Shown here: in pieces, positions 1 to 8,960 of the stretch | Layout of the letters: each line of letters starts with the position of its first letter | How positions within the stretch are numbered: the stretch's first letter is position 1 | Source of the DNA: Octopus sinensis | Taxonomy: Eukaryota | Length of the DNA stretch: 14,408 bases | Direction: 5' to 3' | Assembly (NCBI RefSeq): GCF_006345805.1 | Contig: NW_021826142.1 | Coordinates: 1 to 14,408, forward strand | The notes under the pieces: generated by a model | Database searches by the model: none | What the model was told of the DNA's origin: nothing | What the model saw: the letters and a program-made list of their open reading frames with translations, nothing else | Program-made: the position numbers and the translations under genes

Positions 1-61
1 ATGCGTCTTCTCTTCATATATTCTTTATGATTTTTTTTTTTCCGCGTGATATTCTTTCGTG

Positions 62-305
62 GTCGAAATTGTAGCGATTTTCTTTATCAAAATTGTGACT
101 TTCCCCTAACCAAAATTGTGATATTTTTCCTGCCAAAATTATAAGTTTTCTTACCCAAGGAATAACTTTCTCGGGTTTAACTATAAATGTTTTCCTGACA
201 AAATTGTGAGTTTCCCTGACACAATTTTGATTTTACCTGTTAAATTCCGACGTTTGCCTAACCAAAATTATGACCTTTATCTACCTGAATTTGTGATTTT
301 ATTTC
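62..305. repeat. Degenerate ~21-23 bp minisatellite, about 11 units, consensus near CAAAATTGTGA(C/T)TTTCCCT(A/G)AC
   Basis: Recurring units: caaaattgtgactttcccctaac (88-110), caaaattgtgatatttttcctgc (111-133), caaaattataagttttcttacc (134-155), caaaattgtgagtttccctga (from 199), caaaattatgacc (from 263). Confidence 0.8.
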
Positions 306-538
306 AGTTGACCATTTGGTTAATACAAAGCAGTTGTGTACAATGGATATATTAGATCTATCAAGGATTATGTCGCTCCTATTGTGGAACTTCCCGCCCA
401 GATCTCTTCACATTAGGCTACAACGATCACAAAACAACTCAATTCCTCTCATAACATACTGCGCGCAGGCCACGCCCATAGAGCACTTTTAAAACTAAAA
501 GTACTCTAAATGAAACAACACTTTGACATGCGAACGAG

Positions 539-656
539 GATCAGGTGTGAATGTGTGGCTAAGGAGTTTACTTCCCAGTATGTGGTCTCAGGTTCAATCT
601 CATTGTGCAGCACCTTGTGAGTGGATTTGATAAACGGAAACTGGAGAAAGCCCGTC

Positions 657-700
<44 letters not shown>

Positions 701-840
701 TTATATATATATATGTGTACATATGTGTGTGTGTGTGTCTTTGCCGCACACCACCGATTGACAACCGGTGTTGGTTTGTTTGTGTCCCTGTAATTCATTT
801 AGCGGTCCAGTAAAAGAACCGATAGGCTAAGTACGAGGTA
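539..840 (+). mobile_element. tRNA-derived SINE (octopus-type) with an internal (TA)n/(TG)n microsatellite
   Basis: A-box-like tgtgtggctaagg (552-564) and B-box ggttcaatctc (591-601). Body gagtggatttgataaacggaaac, then a microsatellite at 657-738, then a tail matching a recalled octopus SINE family. The body matches the reverse complement of 861-883 at 20/23 nt. Confidence 0.8.
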
Positions 841-977
841 TTATGACTGACTTCCGCACCGTTTCCGTCTACCAAATTCACTCGGTTGACCGAGGTCTAT
901 AGTCGAAAGGATCTGTCTTAAGTTTAACCCGAAACCTCATCATTTCAAAAGCATGCTTCTTAACCACACGACCTGCG
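841..977 (-). mobile_element. 5' part of a second copy of the same SINE family, inverted and abutting the first
   Basis: Reverse complement reads cgcaggtcgtgtggttaagaagcatgctt...ctatagacctcggtcaaccgagtgaatttggtagacggaaac, colinear with 542-641. Confidence 0.75.
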
Positions 978-1139
978 ATTAATATGAAGAGATTTGAATA
1001 TTGAACACTTAAAAAAAAAATTACAAATGGCAGAGTAACGGCTGGAATAAGCTGGCATACATAGTTCTATTGAATGAATGTCGGCCAAGGGTTAAACTGG
1101 AGTTACATTCCACATCTCCCTCATTCCTTAATTACGAGT

Positions 1140-1582
1140 ATCACCATCACCATCTCTACTACAACCGATACTATAATCACAAAAAGCAGCCATAAAACCA
1201 ATGACAACGCACCGCCTCCTCCCCACACTACCACCGCCACCTCCACCTCCACCTCCGCCGCTATCGCTATACTATCGCTGCCAGCAACACCAGTAACACA
1301 AAACGACCGCCACCATCGCCACCACTATTACCACCACCACCAAAACTATTTCCACCACCATTACCACCAACACTACCGCACTATCACCACCTGTACCACC
1401 ACCACCACCACCACCATTACAACACATAAACTCGTTCTAATATACCCTCCGTACCACCACCATTACCACAACCCACAGAACACTTCTATCTTCGACAGAG
1501 CTTTACTACCACCTAACATCACCTCAGTCCCCACTTTTTCTATCTAGCCATGACCATCACCACTACTACTACAACTACTATA

Positions 1583-1635
<53 letters not shown>

Positions 1636-1776
1636 ACTACTACTGCTATTACTACTACTACTACACACACACTGCTCTATTTCAACTAATGCTACACCAC
1701 AACTTCTACAACTACTACCATCACCACCATCACCACCACCACCACCACCCACCATCACGACCATCGCCACCATCAC
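1140..1776. repeat. Compound trinucleotide repeat (ACC/CAT/ACT)n; mostly (ACT)n at ~1561-1662
   Basis: Seen directly; it accounts for the poly-T/H/P/L/V ORFs in the track. Confidence 0.95.
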
Positions 1777-1975
1777 CCTATGCCTTCATCCAACCATGAA
1801 CCATTAATTCATTTCAGCTGTTGTTTGAACCGTCAACGTTGAGATGTGTTTATTTTTGTGATGACCTCAAAAACGCTTGCCAGGTCAAAGGGCAAATTAG
1901 TACATTTGACATTACACTAACTGTCTTTACTCTTCTCAATTTCTTGGTCCGCTCCACCACTCTGTTACTCTCTGG

Positions 1976-2026
1976 ATATATTTATATATACACACACACA
2001 CACATATATATAAATATATATATATA

Positions 2027-2071
<45 letters not shown>

Positions 2072-2086
2072 GTGTGTGTGTGTATA
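1976..2086. repeat. (TA)n/(CA)n/(TG)n microsatellite, left flank of the maT element
   Basis: Seen directly. Confidence 0.95.
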
Positions 2087-3331
2087 CATGGTGCGTAAGT
2101 TATTTGAGGACAGATTTATGTTTATAAAAAGACATATGTAAAACAGATAATAACGTTATCAAAATCTGCTCAGAGGATTAAAATAAGCTTTCTTTTCTAA
2201 AATGTTCTTCAATAAAGCCACCTTCAGCTTCAGCAAGTGTTTCTTTACGAAATCTAAATCATCTAAATGCTCGAATCAAGTGGCCCTGCTTCATTGTCGA
2301 CATTACTCTGACTATGGCAGCTTTCATAGAATATTTGGTGTTATGGGCGTGTTCATTGACCTCTCTCTCAACAATGCTCCACATGTAATAGTCCAATGGA
2401 TTAAGATCTGAGGAATTAGGAGGCCAAATGTTTGGGGTTATGAGATCATGAACATTTTCAGCCATCCATTCCTGTGTTATTAGAGCCATGTGTGATAGTG
2501 CAGAGTCTTACTGAAACACATATAGCCTTCCATTGCATACACTGTCTATTCAGGGCTTAAGAATTATTTCCAGGACCTCAATGTAGCCGGCAGAGTTAAC
2601 TCTAAGGCCTTGTGGAAAGAAGTAAGGAGGCATTACATGTCCTTCATTGCTGAAACCCCTAAAACCATGACAGTTGCAGGAAATTTTGCTTGCATAACAC
2701 TCGAAGCTTCAGAAGGATCTGCACATAACCATCCATAAGTTCTTCTGTTAACTTTCTGATCTTGGTCGGAGTTTTTCTTGTTTGAGAAAAAGCAAATCAA
2801 ATCTTCTGCTGGATTTTTCAGTTTGCTTAAGAGTCTTTTAGATTAGATGTAGTGATTTTCTTTTGCTTTTTCTGACAAATTGACCTTTCCTCAAGACTTG
2901 TATCTGATGTCTTTGTGGGCAACATTTCTGACTGTTCCTTCTGACACATGGAGATCTTTTGCAATTGATCTCATGGAATTTCTGGGATTGTAATCAATGG
3001 TCTGTTGAACCTCCTGGATAAATTCAGTTTTTCTGGTGATTTCAGAGCATTTAGAATGCTTTTTATGCTTTGATACTGGTGATACGTTTCCATCCTCAGT
3101 CTCTAGCTCCTTACAAACTTTATTGACAAAATATCTGGCAACTTTTAAAAATCGAGATATTTCTAAATCGCTATGCTCAGCCTTTATAACCACAATAATG
3201 GCATATCGCTTCGTTACTCGAGTAAGCTGTGGGCATGCCATTATTATTTTCTGAAATAAAGATTATACAGAGTTAGCAAAGAATGAAGCAATGACCCCAA
3301 AAAGATGTCCTCAAATACCCTACGCATCTTG
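2087..3331 (-). mobile_element. Full-length defective Tc1/mariner-superfamily DNA transposon, DD37D (maT) type, 1245 bp
   Basis: 26-bp TIRs at 2087-2112 (catggtgcgtaagttatttgaggaca) and 3306-3331 (reverse complement caagatgcgtagggtatttgaggaca), 22/26 identical. TA flanks both ends (2085-2086, 3332-3333). An internal transposase remnant is present. Confidence 0.93.
2208..3241 (-). pseudogene. DD37D/maT transposase pseudogene
   Basis: Manual translation gives an HTH-like N-terminus (MACPQL...RYKS), then FFS[N]KK with the first catalytic D changed to N at 2780-2782, KFPATVMVLG, YVFQ*DSA (second D at 2505-2507), WPPNSSDLNPLDY (third D at 2391-2393, exactly 37 residues after the second), and an AEGGFIE C-terminus. 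There are several in-frame stops and at least one frameshift (near 2650). Confidence 0.92.
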
Positions 3332-3333
3332 TA

Positions 3334-3399
3334 CATACATGTGTGTGTGAGTGTGTGTGTGTGTGTGTTTGTGTATGTGTGTGTGTATGTGTGTGTGTG
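3334..3399. repeat. (TG)n microsatellite, right flank of the maT element
   Basis: Seen directly. Confidence 0.95.
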
Positions 3400-3691
3400 T
3401 TATAAGATTTTTAAAAAACGTATAGTAAATGCACAAAGGAACAGAAAACAAGCACAAATACTCGTCAGTTATCGACCAGAGGGTGAAACGCAATTTCGCG
3501 CCTTTAACATTAATATTAGTTCCTTTTTGGTGACGACCAGCAAGAGCTACCGGGAAAATGGGACCGAAACATAAGAGAACGAGAACGGACAAACAATGAA
3601 CAGATACTCAAGCTATACAGAAGTGGACAGACGAAAATGGATAAATGAAATTCAAGACGAGACCGTTTGACGGACGAGGATCAAAGACGAA

Positions 3692-3900
3692 ATCACTCCA
3701 TAGACACGCGTAACCTTAACATAGTTTTCAGGGAGATTCAACCTGATACAAAATGGAATACAATTAATATTCATTTTTGCCATCTGAGTGAACTGGAGTA
3801 ACATGAAATGAAGTGTCTTGCTCAAGGACAGAACGCACCGCCGTCATGAATCCAGCCATACAAACGTGAACCAAACACCGTAACCACTAAGCCACGTGCC
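3692..3900 (-). mobile_element. tRNA-derived SINE, second family
   Basis: Reverse complement starts ggcacgtggcttagtggtta (A-box-like), then gtccttgagcaagacacttcatttcatgttactccagttcactcag. The central block gaaatgaagtgtcttgctcaag is shared with 6508-6529. Confidence 0.8.
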
Positions 3901-4133
3901 TTCGCAGTCAAGCACTACTCAAAGCAAGAAAACACCAACGCTCCACTCATCTGCTCAGCTAGAGCCCTCAGGAGCACACTATCACCGATGATCTCTCGCC
4001 TGACACAAAGTGCATCCTTATCATAGGGAGGACCGCATCCTAAAGACTAGTCTTTATCTCTGTCATTTTAGTCCCCAAATCTGCTGACATGTTATCAGGG
4101 TCAAATGAAATTTACAATGGTCCCTGGTGCGCC

Positions 4134-4348
4134 CGAGTGAGTGCTGAAAAATTTCTGGCTTTGGGTGAAAAAAAAAACCGTAGGATCAGTTAATTATGAT
4201 TTTATTCAATATATTCCCGTCTCAGATTCACACACTTATTGCAGCGGTCCTTCAATTTTCTAAGCCCTGCAAAACAACTCGGAAGGTTCGGCCTCCAACC
4301 AGGCCTTTCGCGACACCCTTAAGTAAGGAACTTTTCAGCAACCCCTCG
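4134..4348. mobile_element. Mariner-like MITE, ~215 bp, non-autonomous
   Basis: 28-bp TIRs cgagtgagtgctgaaaaatttctggctt (4134-4161) and the reverse complement of 4321-4348 cgaggggttgctgaaaagttccttactt, 21/28 identical. No ORF. The TA TSD is not preserved. Confidence 0.75.
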
Positions 4349-4427
4349 TTTATCGTAGTATGTGCTTTATGGTTTTGTGGAGTCAATCAGTATAATGATG
4401 ATGATGGTGATGTGTTTTGAGTGCCGT

Positions 4428-4590
4428 TGTATGTGTGTAAGTAAGTACGTGCGTGTATGTATGCATGTATGTGTGTATGCTCGTGGCGTGGCAGTTATGT
4501 TAGAGTGTGCGTGTCTACTGTATGACATTGTGGAGAGGTAGTGCTTACGTGTGTGTGTATGTGAGTGTAAGCATATGCGCATGTATCTGC

Positions 4591-4627
<37 letters not shown>
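4428..4627. repeat. Mixed (TG)n/(TATG)n microsatellite region
   Basis: Seen directly; pure (TG)n at ~4594-4626. Confidence 0.9.
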
Positions 4628-4630
<3 letters not shown>

Positions 4631-4749
4631 ACTACGATATGGAAAAATAAGCCAATTGAGATCGATTGATTTTTTTCTTCCAAATATCCAGTCTGAGGTG
4701 ACATGGCACGGTGTGTACTCGTTCTTATCTTTGACACCTTCTTCGATAA

Positions 4750-5337
4750 CCTCCACCCCGCCAACACCACCTCCTCTACCACCACCACCACCACTACCAA
4801 GACCATTTCTGATAACCTCCACCATGTCAAGCATCACCAGCACCGCTAACAACGCTACCATCTCTACGCCACCAAAACAAATACCATTGCCACCACCACT
4901 ATCACCACCACCACCACCACCACCACCTCATCACCACCGCTAATACTACCATTAACTTCACGAATACCAATACCACTACCACCACTACCGTCACGTCTCA
5001 CATTGCTACCCCCCCCTTCTCCGCTGCTATCCTTCACCCCCACCCACTACCATAGCAACAACAGCAAGAATATTGTGTAGTGTATACTAAAGTGTTGCCG
5101 CTTCCATCACCATCACGATACTACAACTACTACTACTACTACTACTACTACTACCATCTCTACTACTCCCATTATAACACCATCACCATCACTACTACTA
5201 CTACCACCATTGTTACTACTACCACCACCATCACCACCACCACCACCACCACTACCATCACTACTACTACTACTACCACCACCACCGTCGCTGCTACTAC
5301 TACTACCACCACTATCACCATCACTACTACTACTATT
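4750..5337. repeat. Two compound (ACC)n/(ACT)n triplet arrays (~4750-5070 and ~5108-5337)
   Basis: Seen directly. Confidence 0.9.
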
Positions 5338-5489
5338 GGAAAAATTGATTTGTCAGCAATTTAATTGCTGCTGTGGGGTTGAGGTGAGGTGGTGAGGGCA
5401 AAGTACGGCATTTATATAAGAGAGATTATCTTTGATTAGAAGCCAATTGGTCTATCGATCTCGTCTACTCGGTTATAGCTATTGAACGC

Positions 5490-5756
5490 GCGCATACACA
5501 TGCACTCTAACATAATACATACATAAACAGATGCATATATGTAATTACACACACACACACTCAATCACACACACACACATTTATAGATATGTATGTACAT
5601 ATGCACACACACACACACACTCACATATATATAACCATATTAACGTATATCTATAAATTAGTGTGTGTGTGTGTATATACGCATATATATACATATATGT
5701 GCATATATGTATGGCTATATACATATATATACATACATACATATATACATACATAC

Positions 5757-5843
<87 letters not shown>

Positions 5844-5851
5844 ATATATAT
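5490..5851. repeat. (CA)n/(TA)n/(TACA)n/(TG)n compound microsatellite
   Basis: Seen directly. Confidence 0.95.
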
Positions 5852-5934
5852 ATTAATGCCTACACGTGTATGGAAACAGCCACCATGCACAATGGCCGAA
5901 TCAATTTTCTTTTCTCTCTCTTTTTTTTTTCCAG

Positions 5935-6237
5935 CTTTTAACAATTTCCGAATGTTGCTTTTACTGTACACAATTCTGATGTTGTTAAACTATTAACAAA
6001 AGTGCTGTAGTATCAGCCATTGTCCAGCAGAAGAATATTTCTATTTCAAGATTGTCAACTTTGTGATCTGGTTGTCAATTTCGATTGTCAATATCATTCA
6101 ATATTTCTCTTGTGTTCTTTATACGCAGCAATTAATCTTGAAGCAAAGCTTTCTCTTCACCTTTCATGCAAATCTTTGAAAGGTGACTGAAGAAGCATAT
6201 CGAATACAGAAACATCAAGATGTCCCGGAAAATAGTC
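5935..6237 (+). other. Candidate non-coding or 5'UTR exon
   Basis: A long polypyrimidine tract (5905-5932) ends in ccag (acceptor 5933-5934), and a consensus donor GTAAGT lies at 6238-6243. All three plus frames contain stops. Confidence 0.3.
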
Positions 6238-6344
6238 GTAAGTTATATATATGCATATGTTCTCTAAATAGATAAATTCATGATTCGTTATTTTCGTTTA
6301 TTTATTTATCTTCTTCGTTATGATAGTCATTCGAGTCCGATAAA

Positions 6345-6583
6345 GACAGTTCCACAATTTCGGGCAGGATAGCCTGTACAGATGATTTGTTTATTGTGAT
6401 CAAATGTTGTGCGATACGTTAGCGGACTCCCGCCATGAATTCGACACTGCCTGTACAGGAAACCGGTGTTCCGCGTGCGAGGGGTCAAAGTGATCGCAGA
6501 GTAACGCGAAATGAAATGTTTTACTCAAGAATACAACGCGCTATGGGGTGATCATGAGTGCAACACCCTCGTCACTAGGCATT
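6345..6583 (-). mobile_element. Degenerate tRNA-derived SINE related to 3692-3900; B-box region apparently lost
   Basis: Block gaaatgaaatgttttactcaagaatacaacgc resembles 3805-3838. The head (reverse complement) reads ...gagggtgttgcactcatgatc. The tail matches a recalled octopus SINE body. Confidence 0.65.
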
Positions 6584-6851
6584 AGGTATAGCACCAGCTG
6601 TAACTGTGGAGCACTCTAGTCAGTAAATACTTCGACTAAACGAATTAAGATATATCTTAAGAAGTTCATGTGTATCTAAGCCCCATATTCACCGCTCGTA
6701 TTTCAAGTCTCCTGAATCATTAGGGCCTCCGGCGATTAATGTTGAATATGCATCTGCACATGTACGCACAATCTTGAGCAAGATTCTCTGAAGTTTAGCA
6801 GTTGTGTCTGCATGCACGTCTCTCCTCTCTTATCCACGCCACCAATGTTTA

Positions 6852-7192
6852 CAGTGGTTTTCAACCATGGTCCATATGGGTTCCTGGGGGTCCATTTAAG
6901 ATTTTGGGGGTCCACGCAAGAAAAATAGTAAATTGAGGGTCCACAATAATATTTTAAGGGCCTCTAAAAGTCTTTTGCTTGCGGTGTATGTATTGGTGTA
7001 TATTGCGAGAAACAACTTGGTTTCTTTCTCTAACGTTTTACATAGTTCAACGAGTGAAAAGTAAAATGGGGATTTTGAAAGAAATATCTATTAAACTAGT
7101 TTTTAGACATCGAATGGCTCTGGGGGTCCACCACAATAAAATAGTAATCAAAGGGTCTATAGGTAAAGATAAAAAATGCTGGAGAATCCTAC
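6852..7192. mobile_element. hAT (Charlie-like) non-autonomous element / MITE
   Basis: The left end CAGTGGTTTTCAACC (6852-6866) is a typical hAT-Charlie terminus. Subterminal GGGGTCCA motifs repeat near 6886, 6906, 6937 and 7122. The right end is degraded (aaaaaatgctggagaatcct) and no 8-bp TSD is visible. Confidence 0.6.
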
Positions 7193-7327
7193 GAGAAAAC
7201 CGCTGACTGAGACCAACACAGCTTGGGATCTGTACCGTCATAGGCGTTGCTGTCAGAACACAGCCATGGTACTAACCAGTTAACACCCTACCAATTCTAC
7301 GAATTTACAGTTCTAGATAGATCGTTG

Positions 7328-7380
7328 CTTATTGACATCGAAAAATGGAAAGGTAAAGTTGAACTCCGCTGGATTTGGAC
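7328..7380 (-). mobile_element. Short SINE fragment, same family as 10808-10999
   Basis: cttattgacatcgaaaaatggaaaggtaaagttgaactccgctggatttggac aligns with 10899-10956. Confidence 0.5.
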
Positions 7381-7889
7381 GCAACAACACCAGACAGTCG
7401 GGTTTGTTGTGTCGCGATGAATTCTCCGAAATATCTAGCGGTTCCATCAAACTGTCGACTTTTCAAAATTAATATCTTTCACAGTAGAACGCTTCTGGAG
7501 ATATTTTCATTACTTTGGAAACAAAGAGTTTCTGGGGGGTTTTTTTCTGCTAAGCATAGATGCTCTCGTTTTTTCCATCTCATGTGTCTCGTCTGTGTGT
7601 TTCACACAGGCAGGTTTTAGTCCCAACTAATTATTTATTAGTTGTAGAGGATACAGAGTAAATAAACGTCTCGATTAAACGAATTACGATGCACTAAATT
7701 ACGAATTGTATGTGTACCTAATTACCGTGTGTGTATATATGTGTGTGTTGTGTAAGTGCGTGTGATTCCATGTATACCCTCTTCCATGAGATTGCATGCG
7801 TATTTCTATGTGTGTGTTGATGTTCACACAATAAAAACGTATTATTTAGCCATAGTTCGTCTTGTCAGCGGTCGTGTTCAACGAATTAG

Positions 7890-7959
7890 ATATGTGTGTG
7901 TGTGTGTATATATATATATATGTTTATATATATATACATACACACACACACACACACAT

Positions 7960-7991
<32 letters not shown>

Positions 7992-8110
7992 GTATGTATG
8001 TATGTATGTATATATATATATATATATATACATACATACATACATACATACATACATACATACATACATACATACATACATACATACATACTTACATACA
8101 TACATACATA
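7890..8110. repeat. (TG)n/(TA)n/(CA)n/(TATG)n/(TACA)n compound microsatellite
   Basis: Seen directly. Confidence 0.95.
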
Positions 8111-8466
8111 AAAGTACAAGTGAAATTCACTTTATGTCCGAAGAAATAGCAAATGGGGTAAGGTTTACGTTCATGCAAACAAATATTGTTTCGAAGAGAC
8201 GATTCACTCCTAAGCCATCCATAGGTTTGCTCTTTTGCTTTATTGTTCATTCATCATCACACTACAAAAGAAACGTCGAATTATACGGTCGGCTGGAATC
8301 TCTGGCCAGCTGGAATCGCCAGCAACATCGTTCTCGTGTTCTATTGATAAAAGTGTCATCACTTGTGCTAAGTGAGAAAAGTTACTACTTTGCGAGTGCT
8401 TGTAATGGTCAAGTTTAGAAGGTAGTGCTAAGTGGGTGACGACTAGTGTTGTTACCCTTTCTGTAT

Positions 8467-8960
8467 TTAAAATAATTTAATTTCGTATTTGTTTACATAC
8501 CTACACATAAGAAGAGTTTCGCTTTTTTATTTAATATCTTGATGTTAACTCAAGATGTTATGTTTCTCTGTCAGGCATAAGTTGCATCTTCTTAATCCAG
8601 TGAAACATGTGCTTGGTGTTTCAACAAATATTCAGTTTAACGGTATGCTGTTAATTCCACCATCTTTTATTTTCTTAACATATTGAGACAGGAAAGTTAT
8701 GTTAAATCCGTTTCTTTATCTAAATGAATGAATGTGCTGTGCTTATCTGGCTTTGAATGTGTTTACTGTGAACACTGTATAGTTCCTTTTGGTACCATCT
8801 ACAGATATTCCTTTTGTACTGTACACAGGCGTCTTTGTGAGACTATTGCCAGTAAGTAGACAAGACATGGTTTTGCAGTGTTTAGACTCTGGTAATTGTA
8901 TTAAAAAGTTTTCATTCTTATGACATTGATTTTAACTGGGTATTTGGGAAATAGAATTAT
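8467..8960 (-). pseudogene. Penelope-like retroelement 3' remnant, GIY-YIG endonuclease domain (copy 1, C-terminus type A)
   Basis: One frame from 8877 downward reads CKTMSCLLTGNSLTKTPVYSTKGISVDGTKRNYTVFTVNTFKAR*AQHIHSFR*RNGFNITFLSQYVKKIKDGGINSIPLN*IFVETPSTCFTGLRRCNLCLTEKHNILS, followed after a frameshift by NKKSETLLMCRYVNKYEIKLF* (stop at 8467-8469). This matches the PLE pattern C..CPL.G.CL...VY...YIG.T..FK.R...H..SF...LS.Y...CNLCL.EK..I...LNKRSE..S.CRH. Confidence 0.85.

Noticed and set aside
1074-1807. Thr/His/Pro-rich ORFs resembling mucins
   Set aside because: These are triplet microsatellites. Overlapping frames are open and there is no signal peptide or conserved domain. The same applies to 4367-5395.
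1818-1885. Possible plus-strand exon after ttcatttcag
   Set aside because: The donor is weak (gtcaaa) and the peptide is unrecognisable.
7378-7413. 14-bp imperfect hairpin
   Set aside because: Two mismatches and a wobble in low-complexity arms; too short for a pre-miRNA and expected by chance.
7756-8418. 220-aa ORF
   Set aside because: It is built around a compound microsatellite (YIHT repeats), and the unique flanks give no recognisable protein.
8829-8857. Micro-exon-like signal (acag...gtaagt) on the plus strand
   Set aside because: It lies within the antisense of the PLE endonuclease remnant and is best explained as chance.
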